From positions 237 through 64,236 of the forward strand of contig DASZYA010000001.1 of NCBI GenBank assembly GCA_035545675.1: a DNA stretch of 64,000 bases, read 5' to 3'. The position numbers and the translations under genes were made by a program. Positions 46,685 through 57,282 of this stretch are shown here, in pieces. The notes below the pieces were generated by a model. It ran no database searches. It was given only the letters and a program-made list of their open reading frames with translations, and was not told where the DNA came from. Numbering within the stretch: the first letter of the stretch is position 1; each line of letters opens with the position of its first letter. The stretch comes from Patescibacteria group bacterium (lineage in GTDB: Bacteria; Patescibacteriota; Microgenomatia; Levybacterales; GWA1-39-11).

Positions 46685-47250
46685 AATCCTGGATATATTA
46701 CGCTAATTTTTTCTGGATTTATACCCAAAAGTTCCTTCGTATCATTTTTTGTTGAATCTGATATGCAGATGACAAATTGAGACTCTTTTTTGACCCAAGA
46801 TAGCTTTCTTTTCTGAGTTTCAATAATTTTTTTATCCGTTTCCTCTGGATACTTATAAACAACAAGGTCATAAATAATCGTTCCTTTTTTTGCTTTTTTT
46901 GCCGGGGGCTCAGTCCAATCTGAAGTAAGAAGTATATCAACGTTCCCAATCAGATTCTCTATTGGCATAGCATGCAATTTATTCCAAAGCGTATCTAGGA
47001 TCTGTGGTGGAAATTTAAATTTTTTAATAACAGCACTTGGATTCTTTTCTACTGCGTCAATTATCTTCTGAGATGGTTTACCTCTGAATGATGAGAAAAA
47101 GAGAATATATTTATTAACACTATCTTTCTCAAGTAAATTAACAACTAAATTTGTAAGATAATTTGCTACTCCGGTATTTTGATAAGCTGTTTGACTAATA
47201 TCTATTCCAATTATCATATAACCATTATATATATTCGGCAAGCTCGGCAC
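46681..47250 (-). CDS. GT4 N-terminal (Glyco_trans_4) domain-only ORF: a truncated or split glycosyltransferase
   Basis: 189 aa ending ...ISVIYPGF. That is the usual boundary before the catalytic C-terminal domain, which is absent. The stop abuts the convergent metallophosphoesterase gene. Confidence 0.45.
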   Translation of the reverse strand: MPSLPNIYNGYMIIGIDISQTAYQNTGVANYLTNLVVNLLEKDSVNKYILFFSSFRGKPSQKIIDAVEKNPSAVIKKFKFPPQILDTLWNKLHAMPIENLIGNVDILLTSDWTEPPAKKAKKGTIIYDLVVYKYPEETDKKIIETQKRKLSWVKKESQFVICISDSTKNDTKELLGINPEKISVIYPGF

Positions 47251-47253
47251 AAA

Positions 47254-47472
47254 TTATTTATTTCTAAAATCGAGGATAAAGAATACACATGCAAATAGCA
47301 TAAATGCCACTCCATAATATACAAATCTTTGTGCGGTAAAGAAAACCCAGAAAGCAAAAAGAGGAATGGATAGCAAAATTGATACCAAACCTGCCCAAAC
47401 AAAATATTTTGGATTTCTTTTAAATAAAAGAACTATCAAAATTAGTATAAAGAGAATGTCTTGCGGTTTCAT
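47254..47472 (-). CDS. small membrane protein
   Basis: 72 aa with two TM helices. Confidence 0.35.
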   Translation of the reverse strand: MKPQDILFILILIVLLFKRNPKYFVWAGLVSILLSIPLFAFWVFFTAQRFVYYGVAFMLFACVFFILDFRNK

Positions 47473-47473
47473 A

Positions 47474-48445
47474 TTATATGTAATATTTTAAATTGTTTTT
47501 ATAAAACTCAATAGTTTTTTCTATCCCTTTTTCTACACTTACTTCTGGCCTCCACAGAAGTTCCTTTTCTATTTTTTTAGAAGTTGAATAGAAGTCAGGA
47601 AAATCAACGCTCTTTAGTTCTTTTGGAAATGCTATGAATTTATGTTTTGATCCTGGAATCTTTTCTTCGATTATTTCTGCAATTTTATTTATTGACGTTC
47701 CAATACCGGTTCCTACAAAATACATTTGGCCGTCGCCTTTTTGAGGAATAGCTTTTATTAATGAATCAACCACATCATCTACATAAACATAATCTCTTGT
47801 CTGCTGACCATCCCCATATATTGGCATTATTTTGTCTTGCAAAGCGTATGAAATAAATAAATTGAGAGTACCATAATGATTACTCCTAATCTGACATCTT
47901 GGACCATAAACATTATTAAATCTTAAAACAGTCACGGGAAATGAATATTCCTTACCAAAAAGAAAAATATATTTTTCTGCAGCCAATTTATTTATTCCAT
48001 ATATATCTCGGGGATTTTCAGGGTGCTTCTCGTCAACCGGTAGATAAATCGGTTGACCAATTACGCCCCTACTACCACTGAATATGAGCTTGGGTTTTCT
48101 CTTCATTTTTTTGATTGCGGATAGGACAACAAGTGTTCCGATTGAATTAATTTGAGTATCCAGAACCGGATCAGACATGGAAATATTTCTACCGGTTTGC
48201 CCAGCAAGGTGAAAAACGAAATCCACACCACTAATCAGTTCTTCAATAATCTTAGGATCTCTAACATCGCCTTTTACAAAACGTATTTTATTTTTTATAT
48301 CTGCAATATTAAACATATTTCCACCATACGGAGGAATCATGGCGTCTAAAATCGTTACCCTATATCCTTCGTTTACGAGTCTGCTTGCCAAACTGCTACC
48401 TATAAATCCAGCGCCCCCTGTTATTAATACTTTATTTTTTTTCAT
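47474..48445 (-). CDS. NAD-dependent sugar-nucleotide epimerase/dehydratase (SDR, UDP-glucose-4-epimerase / UDP-xylose-synthase-like)
   Basis: VLITGGAGFIGSSLASRL Rossmann motif and the YxxxK region. Confidence 0.8.
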   Translation of the reverse strand: MKKNKVLITGGAGFIGSSLASRLVNEGYRVTILDAMIPPYGGNMFNIADIKNKIRFVKGDVRDPKIIEELISGVDFVFHLAGQTGRNISMSDPVLDTQINSIGTLVVLSAIKKMKRKPKLIFSGSRGVIGQPIYLPVDEKHPENPRDIYGINKLAAEKYIFLFGKEYSFPVTVLRFNNVYGPRCQIRSNHYGTLNLFISYALQDKIMPIYGDGQQTRDYVYVDDVVDSLIKAIPQKGDGQMYFVGTGIGTSINKIAEIIEEKIPGSKHKFIAFPKELKSVDFPDFYSTSKKIEKELLWRPEVSVEKGIEKTIEFYKNNLKYYI

Positions 48446-50456
48446 TTCTTTTTATAAATAGATAAGTAGCAAGAGAAATAACAGTCATACTACTTATCCA
48501 AAGTCCCAAAACTACATAAATTTGCGCGGTATAGGAAACAACAAAACTATAATTTCCGCTTTTGTTCAAAATAAAACTATTTAGCCCCTTGTAGTTTTTA
48601 CTCAAGACTTTTTGATTATTAATCATAGCTACCCATTTTTTATCAAAACTTTCAGAGAAAACTAGCATGTCTCCCTCCTTTGCATTAGAAACTTCTACTT
48701 GGTGTTTTGTGGGGTGTATATATTTACTCTTGATCTTTACACTATCATCACTCCAGAAATGGGCATGAGAATTACCCAGTCTAAATACTGCAATTTTTCC
48801 GAATCCATTAAGCTTGTTTAGGTATTTAACTTTCTCTAGATCTGATATTGTTTTTCTGTATCCTAACTCGTCATATTTTCTATCACTGAGAAATATTTCT
48901 CCCTCTGTATCATACGGAACAATAACATATTCAATTCCCAGTTCTTCTAATTTTGTCTTACTTGTGGGTTTATTGATTGCTTTAACAATTTGCTTCTCAC
49001 TAAAAACATTGAATAAATCTTGAGCTGCAACCGACGGATGGTTTTCAGAGTAATATCCAAATCTTTGCATTGTTGGGACCCATAGGGTCCTTGAAAACGA
49101 ACTTTGAGACGATAAAAATTTTTCTAACTTTATGTATTCATTAGGAACAGCATGTTTTTTGTATGTACCACCTAACTGACCCATAAGTGCTGGCTTTATT
49201 AGATAAACTAAATAGATAAAAAATAGTCCTATTATAATCGGGCCAATTCTCAAAGGAGCTAAGCTTTTGATGCTTTTTTGTTTTTTAATCAGCTCATATA
49301 TCTCGAATAATGTGAAGGGGATTAATACGCTGTATGATACAGCAATTAACATATACCACTTGGTAGGATCTCGAAACAAAGTGAATCCTGGCAAATAATT
49401 AAAAAGTAATATATAAATTTGGCCAAATGGATCATTTGCTCCTTTTGCCAAAAATATTCCAACTATAGCAAGCAATGCAAAATAAATAACGTAAGTTGTC
49501 TCTTTTCTCTTTTTATTGACAAATAAGAGAGACGCGAAAGCAAAAAGAGGAAGAATAAGAAACTCCCATTTCATGAATGATACTTTTCCAAAAATATTTT
49601 CAGGCCAATTTGGATGGAGTAAACCTAGGGAGTTTTCAAATTTTGCAAAGCTAAAGAATTTAACTGCTCCAACAGTATTAAATGCAGAACCCAACTCATT
49701 AAGTGGATTCTCATGAACCGCAATGACAGGTAAAATCCAAAATGCATTAATTAATAATGTGATAAGTCCTGGAATAATAAGCAGATAAATTAAATTGCTA
49801 ATTAGGTTTTTTCCGGCTACTCTTTTAACAATTACTTGAAAAAGGTAGAAAATACCCACCGCAGCAAATGTTATATATCCAATCCGTAAATCCAGTAAGG
49901 TTTGAAAGCCTATTAGCGCACCTAAAATAATGCTTTTTTTGAGGATATTCTTATCTTCAAAAATACTGATGCAGGTTGCAATAATAAAAGGTATAAAAGT
50001 ATAAGAAATCGCAATAATAATTTGTCCACCACCTGCCAAAGTAAGGATATAAGTATTAAAAAGAAAAATAATTATTGAAAATATCCAAAATGGGTTATTA
50101 TTAAATATTTTTTTAAATAAATAGCTTGGAGCTATTAATCCAAGTATTATGAACGGATAGAAAAAACCTAATCTCTCAACTATTTCCCAGGGAAGTTTTA
50201 AAAAATACCCAAAAAAGAAAATAGGAGCACCGAAAACTAAATTTATTGCTTGATATAGTGGGGAGAAAATTCCTAGGCCATTTCCTTTAATCCAATTCCA
50301 AGCAAAAGCAAACATACTGAATTGGCTATACATGGATGGAAAATTAAACCAGAAGTCTCCACCGGTAATTAAGTTTGGAACAAACCAATTACGAAACACG
50401 AGGAGCACTAAAACTCCAATTAGAAAATAAGGTAGTATTCTATAAATTCTATCCAT
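48432..50456 (-). CDS. polytopic membrane protein with a C-terminal soluble domain (putative GT-C/YfhO-like glycan-processing enzyme)
   Basis: 674 aa with about 13 TM helices followed by a ~250-aa extracytoplasmic domain. There is one more TM helix at the C-terminus. Confidence 0.45.
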   Translation of the reverse strand: MDRIYRILPYFLIGVLVLLVFRNWFVPNLITGGDFWFNFPSMYSQFSMFAFAWNWIKGNGLGIFSPLYQAINLVFGAPIFFFGYFLKLPWEIVERLGFFYPFIILGLIAPSYLFKKIFNNNPFWIFSIIIFLFNTYILTLAGGGQIIIAISYTFIPFIIATCISIFEDKNILKKSIILGALIGFQTLLDLRIGYITFAAVGIFYLFQVIVKRVAGKNLISNLIYLLIIPGLITLLINAFWILPVIAVHENPLNELGSAFNTVGAVKFFSFAKFENSLGLLHPNWPENIFGKVSFMKWEFLILPLFAFASLLFVNKKRKETTYVIYFALLAIVGIFLAKGANDPFGQIYILLFNYLPGFTLFRDPTKWYMLIAVSYSVLIPFTLFEIYELIKKQKSIKSLAPLRIGPIIIGLFFIYLVYLIKPALMGQLGGTYKKHAVPNEYIKLEKFLSSQSSFSRTLWVPTMQRFGYYSENHPSVAAQDLFNVFSEKQIVKAINKPTSKTKLEELGIEYVIVPYDTEGEIFLSDRKYDELGYRKTISDLEKVKYLNKLNGFGKIAVFRLGNSHAHFWSDDSVKIKSKYIHPTKHQVEVSNAKEGDMLVFSESFDKKWVAMINNQKVLSKNYKGLNSFILNKSGNYSFVVSYTAQIYVVLGLWISSMTVISLATYLFIKRNEKK

Positions 50457-51513
50457 TCTCTTTGATAAGAATTTTAAAGAAATTTTTATAATTCACTTCA
50501 GATTTTGGACTGTACTTCTCTTCAAAAATTAATTGGGCCGCCCCCACTATAAATAATGTGAATATCCAAACATTTAATTTTCCTTGATAATCCAACATTC
50601 CAAACATTGTTAGTATCACCCAAACCATAATCATTATACCCGTGGTCAAAAAGGTTACACTACTCTCAATTTTAAATTTATGAATATTTATAATCCACAA
50701 AATAGAAAGAACAATCAAGATTCCAACGTAATATTCTTTAAGTAGCAATATATCCAAAACTATTAAAATAATTGCCATACCAATGGATAAACTTCTAGAA
50801 CTTTTATTCTTTAACTTTGACAAAAAATAAACAAAAACATATACAGCCAATGGTGCCAAGAATATTAATGACCTCAATAGAAAGTCAATATTTGTAAATG
50901 AGGTTTCAATTTTCTTATAAAGAAATCCTACTAAAATTTTCTTGCTGCCAAGGATTTCACCTTTTGAAAACTGGTATGCAGTTGATAGTGTTGGCTTACC
51001 GTCAGTTAAATTAATTGAATTGTTTGGAGTTCCATATAGGGATTTAATTTCGAATACATATGTTTTATCTTTTGAGTCTGGAATCGATGGAAATCCAAAT
51101 GGATATTCAAGCTGTCTATCTAGACTTCCAGACCTATAAGTATTTATATATTTCCAATCTTTCTGTCCTTTCTCTTTAATTCTAAATAACAGAACGTCTT
51201 CTCCACCGGAACCCCTTTCAATAAAGTTCTTAAAACCTAAGTTAATAATCCCCAAATTATTGTCATTAGCCTTAAATTCACCGATAATACTCTTGTCTTT
51301 CAATAATAACCCCGATGGATAAGATTTAATATCCCGAGCACTTTCACTGTATTGAATGACAGAAAAACTTATTTTATTGTTAAAAAATAATGATGCAAAA
51401 AACCAAAACAACAAAAGGATTACGGGAATAATTATTGTAAAAATTATTCCATATGATTTTTTATTTCTTTTTGGCATATCTTGATGAAAAAAAGAGAAAT
51501 ATTGTACAGGCAA
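50449..51513 (-). CDS. hypothetical membrane protein
   Basis: 354 aa. N-terminal TM, extracytoplasmic domain, then C-terminal TM bundle. The start is likely the internal Met (MPKRNKK). Confidence 0.45.
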   Translation of the reverse strand: MPVQYFSFFHQDMPKRNKKSYGIIFTIIIPVILLLFWFFASLFFNNKISFSVIQYSESARDIKSYPSGLLLKDKSIIGEFKANDNNLGIINLGFKNFIERGSGGEDVLLFRIKEKGQKDWKYINTYRSGSLDRQLEYPFGFPSIPDSKDKTYVFEIKSLYGTPNNSINLTDGKPTLSTAYQFSKGEILGSKKILVGFLYKKIETSFTNIDFLLRSLIFLAPLAVYVFVYFLSKLKNKSSRSLSIGMAIILIVLDILLLKEYYVGILIVLSILWIINIHKFKIESSVTFLTTGIMIMVWVILTMFGMLDYQGKLNVWIFTLFIVGAAQLIFEEKYSPKSEVNYKNFFKILIKENG

Positions 51514-53767
51514 TCAGGTTTAATAAGCTAATAATTATTCCATAGTAGAAATATAATTGCGGTCTATAATAGAGTATAAATTCTACATCAATACTCCCAT
51601 CTTTTTTTACCGTGTAATAGTTGTTTGGTAATGTTTTTTTAATATAGGAAGGATCAATCAGCCAATCATTTGTTGTTCCGTCCTTACTAGCGTGAGTGTT
51701 AGAAAAAATTGGCTTCTTGAAAAAATAAAGCAACTCATCGAGAGTTAAAAGACTAAACTCTTCCTTACATTCTTTAGTGTTCTTCACACTAGATACAACA
51801 TTGTTACAAAACGACATATTCGGGTACTTAACTGGATAGATTTTCCAATTGGAATTGTATGAATCAAACATTTTTAGCTCTTGTTTTGATTTAAGATTCT
51901 TAAAATACAAAATGTATTTAACTGGGTTTATTTTTTTGAAATACAAGTTTTTTGATAGAAGATAACTATTCTTATTTTTTGCTTCATATAAAATATAGCT
52001 ATTATTTGAACTTGTTTTTATTTTTTTACTCGTAATTCCCTTTATCAATCCTTCATCCTCATACTTAACGGTATTATTATCAAAAGCATATGAATGAATA
52101 ACTTGGTCCGGAATATTTTTATTAACAAAAACATAGTTAATATTTCTTTTAAAGAGTGTTTTATTTATGTCCTTGTAATTTCTGCTTGTAATATCGTCCT
52201 GAATTTTCTGTCCATCTGGATCATAATTAAATGAAAGAGTACCAGATATATCATTTACTCCACTAAAGATTTTAACGGGCGAAACCCCCAAATAAACGTT
52301 ATTGGAATTAGTATCTTTAATTACTGAATAAAGAGATGATCCGTACGGCAATGTCAGAATTGTATTACTAGAAGATACATTGTTGTGAATGAAATTCATC
52401 ATATCTAAATATTCTTGAGGAATTGTTATTACTCTATAAACATTTTTAGTGGTCCACAAAACAGAATTAACCGTAGATTTTACTGATGTAAAATTAAGCA
52501 GTACAACAAATATAAATAAAATGTTTATAGCTTTTCTGTATTTGGGTAATTCATTCGACACAGCAAGTAAACCAGCTGTGATTAATATTGAATAAATAAA
52601 TATATATCCAGGAGCAAACTTATCATAGAAATTTCTAAACATAACAAATCCTGGAATTTTTCCCATATACAAGAATAAATCTTTGAAAGGACCGATGTTA
52701 ACCGTGAAAAAGAAAAGTGAAAAAATAAATGCTGTTAGAAAATAAGTGTAAATTCTTCTACCCTCTTTATTAAAATATTTCTTAAATAACAATAATCCAC
52801 CTATTAAAACAGCTATAAATATAAGATTAAGAAATAATGTCTTATCAAACAGATAGATAAACTGTTCTTTAAGCTTCCATTCATAATCAAATGCTATCTG
52901 TCTATGAAATAGTCCAAGTATTGGATACAGAATAGTACCCACAGCTGTTGAAACAACTGTTGGAGTAAATGTATCCGTGTAGCTTTTGGCTATAACATTA
53001 AAAACAAAGTTACTATTATCTCTAATAAAATATGGCGCAAAAAAAGCAAATAGCCAATAAGATTGTGAAATTGCGAGCAATACAACAAAAATAAAAGCTT
53101 TTTTGATGAATGTAAGTATATCTTTCTTTTTAGAAAAAACTAGGAGAACCGGAGAGGCAAGTATCAGCGGCAACGCTAATCCCAAGATCCATGGAATCGC
53201 GATAAAACAAAAAGAGAAGAGCATTGAAAGAATTAACGCCTTATATACATTAATAAAATTAGATGTTCTTAGATATGAAATGAAATAATACAAAAGGGCC
53301 GGAAACATACATAGTAACCAAGTAGATGTCAGATATATAAATAAGAGATCAAATATTACGATCGGCGACAACACATAGAATAAGCTACCAATATAAATCT
53401 CAATGAAGTTGCTTTTCTTTTCAGGAAAAAGAACGCCCATCAATTTTTGAAAATATATTAGACCAAGAACTAAGGGCATTGAGAATGCTGTGTAGCTTAG
53501 TATTACTTTATTTTTAAGAATTGAATCAATTGCTGACCAAAAACCTAAGAATGGTAATGTGTATTGATTTGAAGCATTTATACCAATTGTTGACACGCTG
53601 TACCATGAATAGAAAGATGAGTTTTTAAAGTATTCAAAAGGGTAAGAATAGAGAAGTCTCGTATCATCTCCTCCCAGAAAAAGCTTACCATTGAATATAT
53701 AATAAGGAAGAGCAAGTAACAAAATTATTGTTACTAAATTAATTATCGTTTTAAAGTTTAATCTCAT
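51461..53767 (-). CDS. polytopic membrane protein with a C-terminal soluble domain (putative GT-C-like)
   Basis: 768 aa with about 13 TM helices plus a ~330-aa extracytoplasmic region and a C-terminal TM. Confidence 0.45.
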   Translation of the reverse strand: MRLNFKTIINLVTIILLLALPYYIFNGKLFLGGDDTRLLYSYPFEYFKNSSFYSWYSVSTIGINASNQYTLPFLGFWSAIDSILKNKVILSYTAFSMPLVLGLIYFQKLMGVLFPEKKSNFIEIYIGSLFYVLSPIVIFDLLFIYLTSTWLLCMFPALLYYFISYLRTSNFINVYKALILSMLFSFCFIAIPWILGLALPLILASPVLLVFSKKKDILTFIKKAFIFVVLLAISQSYWLFAFFAPYFIRDNSNFVFNVIAKSYTDTFTPTVVSTAVGTILYPILGLFHRQIAFDYEWKLKEQFIYLFDKTLFLNLIFIAVLIGGLLLFKKYFNKEGRRIYTYFLTAFIFSLFFFTVNIGPFKDLFLYMGKIPGFVMFRNFYDKFAPGYIFIYSILITAGLLAVSNELPKYRKAINILFIFVVLLNFTSVKSTVNSVLWTTKNVYRVITIPQEYLDMMNFIHNNVSSSNTILTLPYGSSLYSVIKDTNSNNVYLGVSPVKIFSGVNDISGTLSFNYDPDGQKIQDDITSRNYKDINKTLFKRNINYVFVNKNIPDQVIHSYAFDNNTVKYEDEGLIKGITSKKIKTSSNNSYILYEAKNKNSYLLSKNLYFKKINPVKYILYFKNLKSKQELKMFDSYNSNWKIYPVKYPNMSFCNNVVSSVKNTKECKEEFSLLTLDELLYFFKKPIFSNTHASKDGTTNDWLIDPSYIKKTLPNNYYTVKKDGSIDVEFILYYRPQLYFYYGIIISLLNLIACTIFLFFSSRYAKKK

Positions 53768-53768
53768 G

Positions 53769-54590
53769 CTACTTAAGCCAAAAGCTATTGTATGGTGTTA
53801 ACTTATCAACAAATGCATATTTGTTTTTTCTAAGATATGCTAATACCTTATCTTTTTTAACACAATCCTCAACAAACAAATAGGTCTTACTACCATTTCT
53901 TACACACTCCTCTATTCCCTTAAGTCCATCTATAACATAATCATCTATATCAAGCTTTATAAAAACCGCGCCATACTTTTTGAAATTATTTTTTCCAATC
54001 ACAGATGCGAGGGTTTTAATTTTAACATTATTTTTTATAATGTTTTTTTGCCCTATACCTATTTTATACAATTTCGCGTTCTTTATTTTGTTTTCTGCCA
54101 CATTTTTCTTTAATAAAGAAAAACTATTCGGAGAGTAAATTGCTGCATCCGGCTCAAAAGAAATTATATTGAGCTTTTTTCTTTTAAATTTATTTCCTAA
54201 TGCAATTGTATATTTACCAAACGAGGCTCCTATATCCACGAATAAAATGCTCTTACTTGTGATGAATTCTTTTTCTATTTGTTTCATTAAGTAATTCAAG
54301 TCTTGTCGCTCAAAGGCTGGAGAAACAATAAATATATTCATCAAATCCGGATTGATATTAAATTTTCCAAATTTTGTATTAAACACTTCAGAAAAAAAAG
54401 GTAATTTTAAATAGAACAATGAATTTTGTTTTGTTATTGCTCTAAATAACCAAATTGCTTCAGCTAAATAAATTGTCAGAAAGCCTTTACTACATTCAAA
54501 AATTATTATCACTTTGTAAAAAATAAAACTAAGATAAAAATATAATATTTTACTTTTTGAAAATTTAAACATATTGCTCGTTTTGTACAT
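53769..54590 (-). CDS. FkbM-family methyltransferase
   Basis: FVDIGASFGKYTIALG...NIISFEPD...FIKLDIDDYVIDGL matches the FkbM pattern. Confidence 0.65.
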   Translation of the reverse strand: MYKTSNMFKFSKSKILYFYLSFIFYKVIIIFECSKGFLTIYLAEAIWLFRAITKQNSLFYLKLPFFSEVFNTKFGKFNINPDLMNIFIVSPAFERQDLNYLMKQIEKEFITSKSILFVDIGASFGKYTIALGNKFKRKKLNIISFEPDAAIYSPNSFSLLKKNVAENKIKNAKLYKIGIGQKNIIKNNVKIKTLASVIGKNNFKKYGAVFIKLDIDDYVIDGLKGIEECVRNGSKTYLFVEDCVKKDKVLAYLRKNKYAFVDKLTPYNSFWLK

Positions 54591-54616
54591 ATCTTAGATA
54601 CATCGCTTAACCATTC

Positions 54617-55558
54617 TTACGAAAGCCTACTACTAGATATAGTCAAACCATTTATCGTACCCCTTATAAAATCAATTGCCGCGCTTACCCTAGAAGATAA
54701 AGCGAATTTATCTTTACCCCTGTAGGCAATAAATTTATAAACATATATAAACATGAAAAACCACGCCCAAAAAAACTTAATAAATATATTTTGGATGTTT
54801 GTTGAATATATTTCGTGGAATACGATCCTATTCCTCGCAAATACAAAAGACCGTCTACTATCAGTCATGTAATGATTTATAAAATCTTTATCTTCCTCTT
54901 CTACGCTATGGTAAATTTTAGCGTTCCTAACAAATGCAATTTTTAAACCAACCCGCTTTATTCTATAGGCTAGATCGCTTTCTTCGTACATAATTCCAAA
55001 GAACTTACGAAATCTAATTTTGTATTTTCTCAAAACATCTGCCCTTACTAAAAAAGCGTTAGGAATATCGTCAGTTTCCCAATAAGGCCCTTTTAGGTTT
55101 CTCAGATCTCTTTTATGATATGTTTTTGTAGTCCACATGTTTCTTGAAGATTTTGAAAGTAGAACTTTGTTTTTCCTGCCTAAAACGTAATTAATTGGCC
55201 CCACTTCACCAAGCTCATCATGCTCCTCCATAACTTTCACCAAATTTTCGATCATGTATTTGTCAACTATATTATCGTCATCAATAAAGGCAATATATTT
55301 TCCTTTGGCTTTTTCTTCACCTACGTTTTTACTTCCTGCGGCAAACAGGTTTTTTTTATTTCTATAGATTTTGATAATTTTGTTTTTTTTAAACTTATTT
55401 TCTAAATAATCTTTTGTACCATCATTTGAAGCATCATCGATTATTATTAATTCAATTTTTTTATAAGAGCTTTGCAGTATGCTCCTTATTAGATTTGCAG
55501 CCATTTTCTTTCTGTTGTAGGTTGGGACAATAATTGAAACAAGAGGAGTAGAATTCAT
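54617..55558 (-). CDS. GT2-family glycosyltransferase
   Basis: VSIIVPTYNRKKMAANLIRSI and DDAS/DDD motifs. Confidence 0.75.
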   Translation of the reverse strand: MNSTPLVSIIVPTYNRKKMAANLIRSILQSSYKKIELIIIDDASNDGTKDYLENKFKKNKIIKIYRNKKNLFAAGSKNVGEEKAKGKYIAFIDDDNIVDKYMIENLVKVMEEHDELGEVGPINYVLGRKNKVLLSKSSRNMWTTKTYHKRDLRNLKGPYWETDDIPNAFLVRADVLRKYKIRFRKFFGIMYEESDLAYRIKRVGLKIAFVRNAKIYHSVEEEDKDFINHYMTDSRRSFVFARNRIVFHEIYSTNIQNIFIKFFWAWFFMFIYVYKFIAYRGKDKFALSSRVSAAIDFIRGTINGLTISSSRLS

Positions 55559-55561
55559 AAA

Positions 55562-56458
55562 CTAAATTACATCACTTGGATTTTTCGGGACGAATTCCAA
55601 AGCCTTTCTAGATTTGGTGGCAGATAAACTAGCATTTATTAACCGTAAATCTGCCTTTTCTTTTCCATATAGAGAATGCAGGGTTGCTTTTTTTACTTGC
55701 TTTATTTTGTAATTATTGGATTGTGCTATTAGGACCGCAAAGTCATATGGTGATATAGATTTCCTTGGCGCTACATGAAATACTCCTCTAAGATTTTTAT
55801 CTATAACCGTTGAAATACCCCTAACAATATCCTCAGTATAAGTTGGAGTGAATAATTGATCTGATACAGCAAATACTACCCCTTTATTTCTTAGACTACT
55901 TAAAACTTTACCATATATTGTTTTGCCATGATCTTTTTTGTGATAAGCAACTACAGACCTTATAATAGCAAACTTTGCCCCGGATTTAATTATTAGATCC
56001 TCTGCTGCACTTTTTGTAATCCCGTACCAATTTCTAGGATTTTTTCTTGAATTTTCATTAAACGTTTTCTTTTGCCCATCAAATACACATTCTGTTGATA
56101 GATAAATAAGAGGAATTTTATGTTGGACACAAAAATCAGCAATTTCTCTTGTTGCATCTACGTTTATCCTCCAAGCATTGCCCTTTTCCCCTTTTTTCCT
56201 ATCTTTTTCACACCTATCTATATGGGTTATTGCTGCCAAGTGAACAATAACACTTGGTGATGTTTTCCTTAAAACCTTTTGTATTTTTTTTCCATCGAGC
56301 AAATCAAGCTTGTAATGTTTTTTAATTGCTAATTTAGAAGATACTTTCTTTTTATGATATAAATCAATCAAATCATATTTATCCCCATATAGATCTGCAA
56401 AAATATTTCCTACAACCCCATTAAGACCGGTAACAGCGATGACTTTTTTTTTAATCAT
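55562..56458 (-). CDS. RmlD-family NAD(P)H-dependent sugar-nucleotide reductase (dTDP-4-dehydrorhamnose-reductase-like)
   Basis: VIAVTGLNGVVGN...IVHLAAITHIDRCE...IYLSTECVFDG...NPRNWYGITK is colinear with RmlD. Confidence 0.65.
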   Translation of the reverse strand: MIKKKVIAVTGLNGVVGNIFADLYGDKYDLIDLYHKKKVSSKLAIKKHYKLDLLDGKKIQKVLRKTSPSVIVHLAAITHIDRCEKDRKKGEKGNAWRINVDATREIADFCVQHKIPLIYLSTECVFDGQKKTFNENSRKNPRNWYGITKSAAEDLIIKSGAKFAIIRSVVAYHKKDHGKTIYGKVLSSLRNKGVVFAVSDQLFTPTYTEDIVRGISTVIDKNLRGVFHVAPRKSISPYDFAVLIAQSNNYKIKQVKKATLHSLYGKEKADLRLINASLSATKSRKALEFVPKNPSDVI

Positions 56459-57222
56459 TTTTTCATTTTTTTATTTTGAAGAGTTAATATATTTGCATGT
56501 CTTTCTAAAATGTCGAAATTATCTTCTATTAAACTCTTTATTTTTTTATACCTCTTACCAGGAGTTAATTCATGATATTCGATAAAAACATATTTCACAT
56601 TTTTCTTAATATAAGCAAAGGTTTTTTTGTGTTGAAGTATCTCATATTCTGATCCCTCCACATCTAACTTTAACAAATCCACTCTCTTTATTTTCATTTT
56701 ATCCATTACTGAAACCAAGGTATCAACTTTGCAATTAGAATTATTTTTGTTCTTAACATCCAAGTAATATGCATCCGTGTTCATGTTTTCATTCCTAAGA
56801 TGAGCCTCGCCTTTGTAATCTGAAATGGCAAGCTTAATTGGTTTAACTGAGTGTGATTTATTAATAGATAAATTTCTCTTTAAAAGTGAAAAGTTTTGGC
56901 TATCAGGCTCAACTGCTATAATCTTGCACTTGTTTTTTAAAATACTTGCCACATAGACCGAGAACGAACCAATATGTGCTCCAAGATCAACGATAATTGG
57001 ATTTTTGGGCAACTTAATCTTGTCAAAATCATACTCATATCCCGAAGCAACAACAATTATTTCCGGTAGATCTTCCGTACCTGACCTAACTTCGAATTTC
57101 AATTTCTTATTCCTAATCTTATAAATTTTATTTCCACTAACCAATTTAAACCTATCCATAAATGCCATTGGAAAATCTTCGATCGTTTTTATAGCAAGAA
57201 GCGTTTTTGTTAAGGTATTCAT
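56455..57222 (-). CDS. FkbM-family methyltransferase
   Basis: IVDLGAHIGSFSVYVA...IIAVEPDSQNFSLLKRNL...LKLDVEGSEYEIL. Confidence 0.8.
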   Translation of the reverse strand: MNTLTKTLLAIKTIEDFPMAFMDRFKLVSGNKIYKIRNKKLKFEVRSGTEDLPEIIVVASGYEYDFDKIKLPKNPIIVDLGAHIGSFSVYVASILKNKCKIIAVEPDSQNFSLLKRNLSINKSHSVKPIKLAISDYKGEAHLRNENMNTDAYYLDVKNKNNSNCKVDTLVSVMDKMKIKRVDLLKLDVEGSEYEILQHKKTFAYIKKNVKYVFIEYHELTPGKRYKKIKSLIEDNFDILERHANILTLQNKKMKK

Positions 57223-57282
57223 TTTATTTAATTAAGAGAATTTTCAGATTATATTTCATATACATACTCCCTACAATAGACA

